DNA of 63,980 bases, filler included, from Ministeria vibrans ATCC 50519 (GCA_943704425.1; 9 parts of 9 records of this genome joined end to end with filler, not necessarily neighbours in it), one strand, 5' to 3'; shown: positions 11,477 through 23,554, counted from the first letter of the whole stretch. The notes: a model not told the origin generated them from the sequence alone. Numbers and translations are program-made.

Positions 11477-14400
11477 ACGCACTCTACGACGCTTGCTGTA
11501 CTGCTAGTGGCAGTAGTGGTGAGCATGGTGGCTGCGGACGGGCGTGTAGCGTCCGTGGCCTCGAGCAACAGCCTTTGTGACCGTACGACGGACTTGGGCG
11601 GATTGGTCAGTCTGTCGCGGCCGGGCGGAGAGCGCTCCATGCGCCGTCACTATCGCTCCTGTCTGGAAGTTACTTGCCCCGGCCACCGAGGGTATCTTTA
11701 TATATATATATTATATATTTTTTAAAACCCGTCGCGGGTGTTGATAATTATTTTTGTGATGCTTTTTTTAGAACACCATCTCAGGAGTGTCTTGCGACGT
11801 GCTGCGAGCAAGTTCGTCTGTTTCCGACGCCCATGTGTCCGCCACCTCGCTTTGATCGCATCAAGTGCGCCGAGGCTGGTGGAGAGGAGGAGGTGCGGAC
11901 TCGTCGAAGCGATGACCTGAACGCCATTGACGGAGGAGATATGGATATGGATGCCTCGGATATGGGCAGCTATGAAGATCTCGTTGTCGCTGACGAAGCG
12001 GACATGGACAGGCTGGAAGACGCCGAGACGTCCATGACCGACGTGGGTGTCGACCAGGTGCTCGACGATGCGCCTGCAAACCCCGACGTGTGGGAGACAG
12101 ACTCAGGCTCAGACGTTGCTGTCGACGAGTCGTTGGTGGCGTCTGACGAGAAGATTCTCAGTGACGCACCCGACGTGTGGGAGACAGACTCAGGCTCGGA
12201 CGTTGCTGTCGACGAGTCGTTGGTGGCGTCCGACGAGAAGATTCTCAGTGACGCACCCGACGTTTGGGAGAATGCGGAGCAAAACACTAATGCTGAGGTG
12301 GACGCAAACGCCAATGCTGCGGTGGACGCAAACGCCAATGGCAACGCCGCGGACGTTGACGACGATGAGATCACGGCCGAGGAGTTGGCAAACCAGAACT
12401 ACAATGACGGTGGTGCCTCGAACAACAATCAGTTCATCATGGACGAGAACGCCAACATTGCCCCCATGTCAGGCGATGACGTCGTACAGGACGAGGAGGT
12501 TCTCGCCGATGCGTCGCAGCACGACGATGACGAAGTCATTGTGGACGACAAGAACGACGATGAGGTCATTGTGGACGACGGCAACAACGGCGATGTGATT
12601 GTGGACGACAAGAACAACGACGAAGTCATTGTTGACGACGGAAACAACGGCCAACAAGTCAACGACAATGGTTCCTGGTCTGATGACGTGGCCGACGAGG
12701 AGAGCCTTCTTGAGGCCTCCGAGCAGGTCGCGGATGAGGAAGTCATTCATGACGACGCTTCCGGCCAGAACGACGACGAGGTCATTGTCGACACGAGCGG
12801 CGAGGGCAACTACAACGCCGGCGAGCCTGCTGACGACGAGGAGGTCATTCATGACGACGCTCCCAGCCAGAACGACGACGAGGTCATTGTCGACACGAGC
12901 GGCGAGGGCAACTACAACGCCGGCGAGCCCGCTGACGACGAGGAAGTCATTCATGACGACGCTCCCAGCCAGAACGACGACGAGGTCATTGTGGACGACG
13001 GGGACGACAAGAACGACGACGAGGTCATTGTTGACGACGGAAACAACGGCCAACAAGTCAACGACAATGGTTCCTGGTCTGATGACGTGGCCGACGCTGT
13101 CGACGACGAGAGTCTTCTTGAGGCCTCCGAGCAGGTCGCGGATGAGGAAGTCATTCATGACGACGCTCCCAGCCAGAACGACGACGAGGTCATTGTCGAC
13201 ACGAGCGGCGAGGGCAACTACAACGCCGGCGAGCCTGCTGACGACGAGGAAGTCATTCATGACGACGCTCCCAGCCAGAACGACGACGAGGTCATTGTCG
13301 ACACGAGCGGCGAGGGCAACTACAACGCCGGCGAGCCCGCTGACGACGAGGAAGTCATTCATGACGACGCTCCTAGTCAGAACGACGACGAAATTATGGA
13401 TCAAGTCACGGAAGTTGATAGCGCTGACATTAGCAACGCCGAAACTGTTGTTGACGATACTGCCAACCAGAATGAGGTCAACGACAACAACCAGGACGCC
13501 GACCAGTGGAACATGGGCGACAATGCCAGCGATGAGTCTGTCGTGGAGGACCAGGTGGTGGACATGAGCAAGAACACGCTCCAAGTCAACGACAACAGCC
13601 AGGGCGCCGACCAGTGGGACATGGGTGACAATGCCAGCGATGAGTCTGTCGTGGAGGACCAGGTGGTGGACACGAGCAAGAACACGCTCCAAGTCAACGA
13701 CAACAGCCAGGGCGCCGACCAGTGGGACATGGGTGACAATGCCAGCGATGAGTCTGTCGTGGAGGACCAAGTGGTGGACACGAGCACGAACACGCTCCAA
13801 GACAACGACAACGACGCGCAGGACGAAATTGTCGACACCAACGACCAGTGGGACATTGTCGACGACACGGCAAACGACATGGTGGACGAGACACTCGACA
13901 AGGTCATCGACGACGACTTTGTTAATGACAAGGGTCTCAACAGCGACTCCGTCGACGACGTCTCCGCCGGTGCCAAGAACCAGAATGTCGACTCCAACTC
14001 CAACGTGCTCGTCATTGTGGCATCGGTTGGTGGCTGTCTCGTCGGCCTCATTGCTGTTGTTGTTGGTGTTCTGGTGCGCCGCTCGCGTGCTGCTAGCACC
14101 GCCCTCCCTTTTGACTTTGCCGTGCCCACAAACAAGCGTGGTATGTCCTACAACGACGCCAACAGCGACGACGAAGACGACGAGTCCGAGTCGGACAGCG
14201 AAGGCAACGACCGTGTGGCGCTTCTCCAGTCTGTTGTGGTGGCGCCCTCAACGGTCACCGCGACCGGCGATGACTACGCTGCGCTGTTTCGCGAGCGCAA
14301 AGCGGAGATTGTCGAGAACATGACGCCCACCTCTGTGATCGGCGACGACGTCGTAATCGAGTCATCGCCAGAGCAGAACGCCACTACCTCCGTTGTCAAG

Positions 14401-15670
14401 CCGACTCTCGTACTCGCGACAACACAGGAAGAGTATGTTGCGACTTTGCGCGACGCTGTTCAATCGGGATTGCTGCACGAGCAGTTCCAGACGGTGCTTG
14501 ACACGAGCGTCTCGGTCACTGCCGCGCCCTTCGAGCCTAACGCCGAGCTCAACCGTGCTAACGCTGTTATGCCCCACAACAGCAACCGCGTGGTGCTTGA
14601 CTCGCTCCGAAACAAGTCCAAGCGTGAGTACATCAACGCATCTTTCGTTGGCGGTGCCCCTTCCACTCCCGGCTACATCTGTGCGCAGGTAAGACGAACA
14701 AAGTGAAGAGGGACAAAGAAACAACGCGATAGATAGAGAGGGAGATGCAGTGATGGAGAGAAAGAAGCAAAGTGATAAAGACATAGAGAGAGGGGGAGAT
14801 ACAGTGATAGAGAGAGAAGTCGAAGGAGAAATGATGGAGGACCTCTCGATTCAACTGTTGTCACTGACTATGAACTTTTAGTCGCCAATGTCGAGCACTG
14901 TGGAGGATTTTTGGCAAATGGTGTGGGAGCAGAATGTGTCGAACATTGTCATGCTGAGCAAACTTACCGAAGATGGTACGGCACAATGAAGGAATAAAAA
15001 GCGATGGTCTTTTAATTTATCTTGTTGTGTAGGTGTTGAGTGCTGCGTCAAGTACTGGCCCGAGCGATCGAAGCGAGTGTATGGCTCGTGGGAGATTTCG
15101 CAGGTTGGCGAGAAGAAGAGCGACACGCTCTGTGTGCGCAACTTCATCATACGTGATTGCGAGACCAAGCAGACGCGGTACGAGAGGAGGGAGTCAGAAA
15201 CAAAGTGATAGAGAGATACAGAGAGAAACAGAGAGAAACAAAGTGATAAAGAGAGAGAGAGAGTGTGTGTGTGTGTGAGTGTTATTTAGAGAGAGAACAA
15301 GTGACTTGAGTGTGCGAAGGGTCCGAATTGTGTTTGCTCAATCCTCATTTCAAATCTGGCCTGTAGCTCTGTGACGCAGTTCCAGGCACTCTCACTCCCT
15401 GCGCAGCCAAGCACACTGGCGGAGACGATCGCCAAGGTGGCGGAGAACACAATGGATGAGCAGGGACCCATTCTGGTGCACTGTCACGACGGAAGCGCAC
15501 GCAGCGGTGCGCTCTGCTTGGCGCATCTTATGGTGCGGTCGGCGCAGTCTTCGTCGTTTGTGGCACCCGATGTGCTCCTGGCGCATCTCCGTGAGCAGCG
15601 CTCGGGTGCTGTCGGTGCCTTCCCTGGCTACGAGTGTGCTGTGCGCGCTGTCATTGCCGCGCTCGAGTGA
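11477..15670 (+). CDS. Receptor-type protein tyrosine pseudophosphatase, IA-2/PTPRN-like (start codon upstream, missing); 5 exons
   Basis: Signal peptide LAVLLVAVVVSMVAA; Cys-rich N-domain; RTRR; ~680 aa acidic repeats; TM VLVIVASVGGCLVGLIAVVVGVLV-RRSR; single PTP domain with YINAS, YICAQ|SP, DFWQMVWE, IVML, KYWP, VHCHDGSARSG, LREQR; no WPD loop. Confidence 0.85.
12082..13800 (+). repeat. Coding tandem repeats in the RPTP ectodomain: 87-bp (29 aa), 102-bp (34 aa) nested in a ~400-bp duplication, and 108-bp (36 aa) units
   Basis: PDVWETDSGSDVAVDESLVASDEKILSDA x2+; DEEVIHDDAPSQNDDEVIVDTSGEGNYNAGEPAD x4+; DQWDMGDNASDESVVEDQVVDTSKNTLQVNDNSQGA x3. Confidence 0.95.
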
Positions 15671-15884
15671 CCAACGAGAGAAATTGATTAGTGGGTTTGA
15701 GAGAAAAGATTGAAACGAAAACCCCCAAGAGAGTAGAGAGAGATGGAGAGAGCGAACGAAAAAATGAGAGGCTATTTTCTTGGATTTGAATACACGCAAA
15801 GAACTGAGAATACCTCCACAAAAACATCATAATAATCCAACGAAACGCAAGTCAAATCTCAGAGTGACAATTATAGTTTCATTG

Positions 15885-17676
15885 TTATGAGGCGGTGTGA
15901 GTGCGGACCCACACAACGACAAGGTTTCGGTCATAGGTACCCACCACATACTCATTGTCGTCGGAAATGGCCACCTAAAAACACAAAGACGTCAATCTAC
16001 AGCTTTCTCTCTCACACACCTAGTTTCTCTCTCTCTCGCTCTATGAATGAGTGGTGAGTGTGCATTACCGATCTGAGAATGGAGCGTGCGTCTTCGTGCG
16101 AGTGTTGCGGAAGACGACAAAGGTAGACACCCGAGCGAGAGTGATACATATGCAATGCACCTGTCGCATCGCCGACCAAGATCAAATCACCATCTTCTCG
16201 TTTCGAGTTGGGTCGAGAAAGATTCGTTTGTCAGTTTGTATTTATTAATGAGAGAAGGAATCGTACCTTTTGAGGCCGCGGCTTTGATGAACAGTTCGTT
16301 ATTTTGATGCCACTTCAGCTGAAAAACAACCAAACAAAAAATGAGAGAGAGGAGGAAGAAAAGTGATGGAAAACACAGTGATAGAGAGAGGAACAAAGTG
16401 AAACGCAAAGTGATAAAGAGAAACAAAGTGATACACAAAGTGATACACAAAGTGATAGAGAGAGAGATAGAGCTGAGCGACTGGCGTACCTCTTCCACTG
16501 GGACCTCTGGGAGAGGATTGCGATAGACCGAGTCGGCACTCCACAGCAACAGACGTGCTTCACACGCCGCTTTGGAGACTGGAAAAAAAGGAAAGGTAAG
16601 GATTAGGAGGTTCGGAAAATGAACTGTGAGGCTTACGGAACACATTATCGTATAGATGTACTATAGAATCAACATTTTTGGTGTGGAACGATGTTCCTTT
16701 GAGGTGTTTGGGCTATGTTCAAAAACAAGGGGGGGAGAGGGCGATTTAGTGGCGGCGAAAAACGACGTGAAGTAAAAGGAAGAGGTTACAGAGTCAAGTG
16801 AGATGGAGAGAGATGCGCTGGACGGCGAAGCGAGTTTGACTTTGAAGAGGCGCATTGAGGAGTCGTTGAGACCGACGCAGAGGAGTGAACCTGAGCTGTT
16901 AAAAGCAATGGCATTGATGCGCGACTGACAGTCATGTTTCAGAACCACACTGCAACAAAGAAAAAAAGGGTAAATTGAGCACAATCAACTCGGTGGATTT
17001 CGTACGAGGTGTCAACTTTGTCACCCTTGACACGAATGAACCAGCACTTAAGAATGCCCGACGCACCACCGCCTATCAACACGCAAACGGAGAAAGAAAG
17101 AGTAAGAACAAAAGCAAGCAATTGAATGAGATAGGCATAGCGTACTGAGAAGCAGACGGGGCTGGGTGGGATGGAAGCAGAGGGCGTACACGGCAGAGAG
17201 ACCCGGGGCACCCTCTGCGTGGTGAAGACGTGCAAGAATGGTCTTGCGCGATGGATCCGCCACAGTCACAATGCCCTTTTCACCGGCATGGGCAAACAAG
17301 GAGGAACGAGAGGCCAAGCTTGTAGTTGTAGCAGTAGGAGGGGCGATGAGTTTGGACCATGCACAGGTGTAAAGGGTGTCGGTGGGAGAGGGAAAGCGCA
17401 TGTTGATAGTCGTGCGAGTGAGCTCTTTGAGTGTGCTGCTGTGCCCGCCGGTCGTTGCAAACATCGGAGTCTGTGCTGACGACCCTAAGAGAAAGATCGA
17501 GAGTGAGTGTGATAAGTGTGATAGTGTGTAAGTTCTCGTGTCGTGGATTTGGTGTACCTTCGCTCTGAGGTTCAAAACAGCAGTCAAACACTTGTGTGAT
17601 TGAATTGGTCTAAAGAAAACATCCAACAAAAGAGCGGGTGAGAAGAGTAACACAGAAACAGACAGGCAGACAGGCT

Positions 17677-17707
<31 letters not shown>

Positions 17708-18350
17708 GTAGATAGATGGATCGATATAATTAATTATATTATAGAGAAGAAGCAGACACAAAGTGGTGGAGAGAGAAGAAACAACTGTCGAGAGAGAGAA
17801 ACACAAGATGGAGTGTATGACAGACTGATACCACTGGAGATGAGTCATCCTTCTGATGCATTTTGTACACACTGCGCACTCGATACTCCGGAACTAACGC
17901 ACACGAGACAATGGGTCAGTAAAAACAAACACAAACACACACATATATATAGAGAGAGGGAGAGAGAAATAGTAAGAGAGAGATGAGTCCTACTCTGTTC
18001 TGGGTTGAGTGAGTCTGATCTGAGCAATGGCTGTGTTCTCTCATCACTCTCTTCCCCTTCTCCGTCTTCTCCTTCCTCCTCTCCCATCTGTGTCTTGGCT
18101 TGTCTTTCTTTTTTCTCCTGTGCTTTTGTCTTCTTGGCTTTCTTTGGCACATGTGACTCGCTCTCTTCAGCGCTCGGTTCTTTTCGCTTTTTTGCTCGAT
18201 TCTCTCTGCGTGAACAGAGAGTCAAACACACTCACTCACGCACACACAAAACTGAGTGATACATCAGTACCGATTGTAAACATCGCAAGCAATAACGTCA
18301 TGGAGATGACGAAGAAACTGTGTGTAGGTGGACATTGAGGCGGCAAACGA
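15885..18350 (-). CDS. LRWD1: LRWD1/ORCA-like protein, central and WD40 part (12 exons)
   Basis: Spliced MHQKDDSSPV|TNSITQVFDCCFEP, FATTGG, LYTCAWS, AHAGEKGIV, LCFHP, VDSIVHL...SKAACE...LLWS, LKW, ILVGDATG, YVVGTYDRNLVVVW* follow the LRWD1 WD40 motif order; exon at 18350 has its own acceptor, so it is internal. Confidence 0.72.
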
Positions 18351-18435
18351 CTATAAAAGAAGAATGTACGTCTGAGTCTCACCGCTCACTGCTCACCATC
18401 ACCATCATCATCATTATTATTATTATTATTATTAC

Positions 18436-18544
<109 letters not shown>

Positions 18545-18554
18545 NNNNNNNNNN
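18545..18554. other. 10-N scaffold gap between (ATT)n and (AG)n microsatellites
   Basis: N run without the TTAA linker. Confidence 0.95.
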
Positions 18555-18592
18555 GAGAGAGAGAGAGAGAGAGAGGAGGGAGAAAGAAACAA

Positions 18593-18647
<55 letters not shown>

Positions 18648-18662
18648 GAGAAAGAAACAAAG

Positions 18663-18705
<43 letters not shown>

Positions 18706-18828
18706 TGACAGAAAGAGAGAGTGTGTGTGATAGAGAATAAGTAAAGAGTGAGGAGTGAGTTTGGAGTGAGTGAGAGTGAGTTTGAGGGAGAGAGTGTTTA
18801 GAAGGAAGACTGAATTGTGTGTAAATTA

Positions 18829-19086
18829 CCTCCAGACGCGCTTGTCAAGTAGGCAAACCATCCGACAGGACCTGTTCCGGCTGCAGTCAAGCCCCAGGCA
18901 GACATACAGGTGACTAGAGAGAGAGAGAAAGAAAGAGAAGTTATAACACACACACACACACACACACACAGTGGATTTACCGAATCCTGCGTTACAGGCA
19001 CTGTAACACATGCCGACGGTCACTGGGCCGGCAGTAGCACCACTAACGAGGAACAAGACCAGAAGCAGTGCAGTCGTATTGTTCAT
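18829..19086 (-). CDS. Small secreted cysteine-rich protein (GP..G.C...CN....C family); 3' exon missing
   Basis: MNNTTALLLVLFLVSGATA-GPVTVGMCYSACNAGF|VTCMSAWGLTAAGTGPVGWFAYLTSASG| followed by a GT donor running into repeats and the gap. Confidence 0.7.
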
Positions 19087-19530
19087 TTTGAAGGAAATTC
19101 TGAAGTAGAAAAAAGAAGAGAAAACAAGGAGAAAAAAAGCGGAAAAAAATGATTGTCAGTTCGTTTCGATGGAAGACAGTATCTGAGGCATGCGGTAGAC
19201 AGTAGCACACATGTGGTTATAAGAAATTAAGCTCGGCTGCGCCATGGGAGTGCTCCTGGCTATTTTCATTAATGCGGATGATCATTTCATCAACTCTACT
19301 TCTCATTATTTTTATCAGCTCCACTTCGTTTTTTTTTTATATATATAATTAAAATTTGCTTCCAACAAACGCAAACAATGAGAATATTGCTCCAGACTTA
19401 ACAACATAAGCTCCCTCATTGTACCTTCTTGTTGGTTGTGTTGACTTGTTGGGTGAGTGAAATGTGAACGAGGGAAAAAAATTGACAATATTTGACTGAA
19501 TAAGTGCGTCGAATTTTTTTTTTTTGAAAT

Positions 19531-20480
19531 TTACATCTCCACAACAACCTTTCCAATAGACTTGCGACTGGCAAGAAACTCAAATGCATCGGGGACACTC
19601 TCAATGCCGCGGAAGACACAGTCGTCGCGCACAGTGGGCGCAATGCGACCGTCGCGCACCAGCTCGAGGGTCTCCGCAATGGATCCGCTGACCACACGGG
19701 CGTCGTGTCCGTTGTATCCACCCCAGTACAGCCCTACAATGCTACAGTTTTTCACAAGCACATGGTTGGCCTTGACCTGCAGATAAAATAAAATAAAAAT
19801 AAATATAACCTCTCTGGAAGAAAATTAGAGTAGTACCGTTGGGAGTTGACCCGACGCAAACCCAACGACAAGCAAACGGCCTTCCCAGGCAATGGACGAC
19901 AGGCACTGTGCAAACATATCTCCGCCAACCACCTCAAAGATGACGTCAGCCCCTCGACCGCCCGTCAATGTGCGCATTTCCTGTTTCACTTCGAAACCAC
20001 CACAAGAGTGTGAGATTCTTGCTGTTCGTTTCAAGTCATTTCCATACCGCTCTTCTCTTTGTAATTGATCACGTGCGTTGCCCCACGACTTTTCGCTACC
20101 GCAAGTTTTTCGTCGGTGCTTGCTGCGGCGACAACTGCCTTGGCGCCAAAGACATTGGCGGCCAAATCGACTGCGGCGAGTCCTACCGCTCCCGCTGCCG
20201 CCGTCACCAGCACCACGTCGCCCTTTTTGATCTGCGCGCGGTTCTTCAGGCCCACCAGGGCAGTACCGTATGAAATGGGAAGCGAGGCGGCAACGCGGAA
20301 GGAGAGAGTGTCGGGAATGCGTGTGAGCTGCGACGAGTGCACGACACAGTGTGAGGCAAAGCCCCCACCCTCAATGAGTCCTACAACCCGCTCGCCCGCC
20401 ACCAGACCACCACCGTCCGTCTCAACAACCCCGGCAATCTCCGAGCCAGACACAAACGGCAGAGACGGTTTTTGTTGATA
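19531..20480 (-). CDS. NADPH:quinone oxidoreductase (MDR/zeta-crystallin family); 5' exons missing
   Basis: YQQKPSLPFVSGSEIAGVV, GGFA, YGTA, AAAGAVGLAAV, GRGADVIFEVVGG, GRLLVVGFASG, SRKSIGKVVV*. Confidence 0.92.
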
Positions 20481-20494
20481 CTGTGTGAGATGAG

Positions 20495-20616
20495 AGAGAG
20501 AGAGAGTTCAAGAGAGAGTTCAAGAGAGAGTTCAAGAGAGTTCAAGAGAGTTCAAGAGAGAGAGAGAGTTCAAGAGAGAGAGAGAGTTCAAGAGAGAGTT
20601 CAAGAGAGAGAGAGTT

Positions 20617-20690
<74 letters not shown>
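20495..20690. repeat. (GAGAGTTCAA)-type minisatellite grading into (AG)n
   Basis: Repeated gagagagttcaa units; the reverse complement recurs at 62461-62592. Confidence 0.9.
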
Positions 20691-20692
<2 letters not shown>

Positions 20693-20708
20693 GACACTTG
20701 ACACTTGC

Positions 20709-20914
20709 CTTCCAAATGAACCAAGCGATCAAGGACGGGACCGTTCAGATCGGTAAGCCCATGCGCACTGACACTATAAACGAGAAGGGTTGGCCATGGG
20801 GCGTGCAAGGCGAAGAAGCGAATCGTACTCGAGAGTAGTTACGTCCTTGAGTCGCTTCTGCTGCGCACAAGCCAATGCGATGCTCTCCGTCAGTGTCCCA
20901 CTACTAGCCGCCAT
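20709..20914 (-). CDS. LRWD1: First two exons of an LRR protein, probably the N-terminus of LRWD1
   Basis: MAASSGTLTESIALACAQQKRLKDVTTL|DVSAHGLTDLNGPVLDRLVHLE then AG|GCAAGT donor; LRR N-cap pattern like human LRWD1 RLGKIRSLDLSGLEL...LLCRLTQLQE. Confidence 0.6.
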
Positions 20915-21040
20915 CGCGTGTCACGCTTTGTGGAAGCTCCAGTCAACGTACGATCGATATTTTTTAAGTGATCAAACTCGCGAATTTCATATTCGATCAT
21001 CAAAGTTGAAAGTTGAAAATATTAACTAATTCTTTTAGCC

Positions 21041-22942
21041 ATGCTGTCCATTGCGAGACTAGCCGGTGCATTGCTGCTCGGTTTAGCGCTCGCGCAGTTC
21101 GCGACTGCTGATGAGCACACTCATACCGTATGAATATCGCAAATGAGACATTTGGACGTCCTGCCGTCATTCGTTGCGGGATGCCGCCCTGCGCCACCCC
21201 CGGCCCGGCGCTGCCTGCACCCCGCACGCCTCCCTTTCCGCCACGACGCTGCCGCGCATTTGCCACGCGATTTGACGATTCAGCGCATCTTTCGCTCTCC
21301 TGCCCCTCTGCGGGCCCTCCTGCGCCCCCTACCGCCGCCCACACTGGCCTCTGTTGTGCCACAGCACTCGATGTGGCCCTCTGTGCACATGGCGTTGCGC
21401 ATCTTCAGTCCCTTATAATAATTTCTTTTTTTTTTTCTTCTTTGGCTGTTTTTCTTGCTTTGCCACTCCGCCTGCGCTGCCTGGCAGCTCGCATCGTGTC
21501 TACACTTTTAAATGCGACCCTGTCGTTCTGCTGGCATCGCCTCATATCTCCGTTTTTAACTTACTTTTACGCAACAAACCGTTTTTTTTTTTCGTTTTCC
21601 TCTTTTTTTTTCGCTCTCTCGCTCTGCCGTTGCAAGCCTCCCTCCTTCGCAGGCGCCTGCCTGTGTGGATGCCTTGCACGGGCCCCCTTGCGTGCATGCG
21701 TGTCTCCAAATGGCGCTGGCACTGTCCAATTGAGGATTGACGTGAATGTGCAAAACACGTTTGTCATCGCATCGTTCGTGCTTCATAATTATTTTATAAT
21801 TATTTTTGTGAATAGTATAATAATAATAATAATTATTATATTATATTATCTCATCTTTCTTTCTCTCTTGCTTTTTTTTTGTTCATAGTATTCTGAAGGT
21901 GGAGAAGTTGTTCTTTGGATGAGCGTGGTGGGACCATACCATAATCGTCAGGAGACGTACGCATACTTTTCGCTTCCCTACTGCCGAGGTCCCAAGTCGA
22001 GCATTTCGCACGATCATGAAACGATTGGCGAGGCAATCCTCGGTGTTGAGCTCGAATACAGCGGTCTCGACATTCTTTTTAACAGTACGTGGAATCATGC
22101 TAACTGTATGGATGCTAGCGATCACTCACACTTGTGGCATGAATGTGTGTGTAGGAAAAACTCCAGAGCGTGAGTACTGCTCGGTAACGTTGACTGAAAA
22201 CAAGTATAAGGCGTTTGCGTATGCGGTGCGCAACCATTACTGGTACCAGATGGTAAGCAGAGCCTATGTCTTCCTTCGAGTAACATAACCCATTTTCCTT
22301 GCTTCTCTTTCCCAGTACATTGATGATCTTCCTATCTGGGGTAATGTTGGCGACTACGGCGAACAACTCGGCATGGAGGGTCACAAGGACGTCGTGGACC
22401 CGTCCGCGCCCATGTACATCTTCACACATCGCCGCTTTGACATTGGCATCAATGGCAACCAGATTGTCGACGTGTCGATGGTGAGTGAGCGCCGTGCCGC
22501 TCTCACCAGTGGCACAAAAATTAGCTTCACATACGAAGTCAACTGGATTCAGTCGCGCATTCCTTTCAAACTCCGTTTCGAAAAGTACCTCGACCCGTCG
22601 GTAGGATAACGCCAACACCAGAAAGTCACTGATAAGAGACCTAATTCACTTTTTTTTTTGTATGTGTTGTCTTCTCTCGTCTTGTAGTTTTTCCAACACA
22701 AAATTCATTGGTTCTCCATTTTCAACTCGTTCATGATGGTCATTTTTTTGGTTGGACTCGTCACCATGATTCTGATGCGCACACTGCGCAAGGACTGTGC
22801 GCGTTACGGCAGCGACGAGGACCTGGAAGACCTTGAACGGGATCTCACCGACGAGTACGGTTGGAAGCAGATCCACGGCGACGTCTTCCGTGCCCCGCCT
22901 ATGCGCACCTTGCTTGCTGCCATTGTCGGTGCTGGCTCTCAG
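21041..22942 (+). CDS. TM9SF3: Transmembrane 9 superfamily member 3 (nonaspanin); 3' truncated
   Basis: Signal peptide + ADEHTHT|[70 protein letters not shown]. Confidence 0.95.
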
Positions 22943-23227
22943 GTACCATTGCCGTGTGAATGTGGTGTATTATAACTGTTCTCTTTTGTGTCTTTCTCTC
23001 TCACTTTATTTCTTCTCCTTCCTTTCTCCTCCCCCTTCTGTTTATTTTCTTTATTTTTTCTCCCTCCTTTCTCTCTCACACACTTTGTTTCTTCTCCTTT
23101 CTTTCTCCTTCCCTTTCTTTTATAAATTATTCTTTCTCTCGCATTTTTCTCCCTTCTTTCTCTCTCTCCCACTTTGTTTTTTCTCCCTCCTTTCTCTCTC
23201 TCATTTTGTTTTTTCTCCTTCCTTTCG

Positions 23228-23280
<53 letters not shown>

Positions 23281-23380
23281 NNNNNNNNNNNNNNNNNNNN
23301 NNNNNNNNNNNNNNNNNNNNNNNNTTAATTAATTAANNNNNNNNNNNNNNNNNNNNNNNNNNNNNNNNNNNNNNNNNNNN
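23281..23380. other. Artificial contig spacer
   Basis: N44-TTAATTAATTAA-N44. Confidence 0.98.
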
Positions 23381-23429
23381 GGGATCGAACAGCAACGGGG
23401 AGAGAAAGGCAGCGCGGGACGATGACGAG

Positions 23430-23502
<73 letters not shown>

Positions 23503-23512
23503 CTAAACTTAC

Positions 23513-23554
23513 GCCAACTTGCGCCTCATCGAGGACGTTTTTAAAGCCACCCAT
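23513..23554 (-). CDS. Possible first exon of an unknown gene (MGGFKNVLDEAQVG)
   Basis: ATG followed by a strong GTAAGT donor, then repeats and the contig end. Confidence 0.3.

Noticed and set aside
11692-11771. U12-type intron (GTATCTTT donor); also a CCTTAAT near the acceptor at 4741
   Set aside because: Neither intron has both a U12 donor and a TCCTTAAC branch site.
20480-20773. Non-canonical splice joining ...HLEGK to YQQKP to complete the quinone oxidoreductase
   Set aside because: It would need TG-AG or GT-CA ends. The upstream peptide fits an LRR N-cap better and has a perfect AG|GCAAGT donor.
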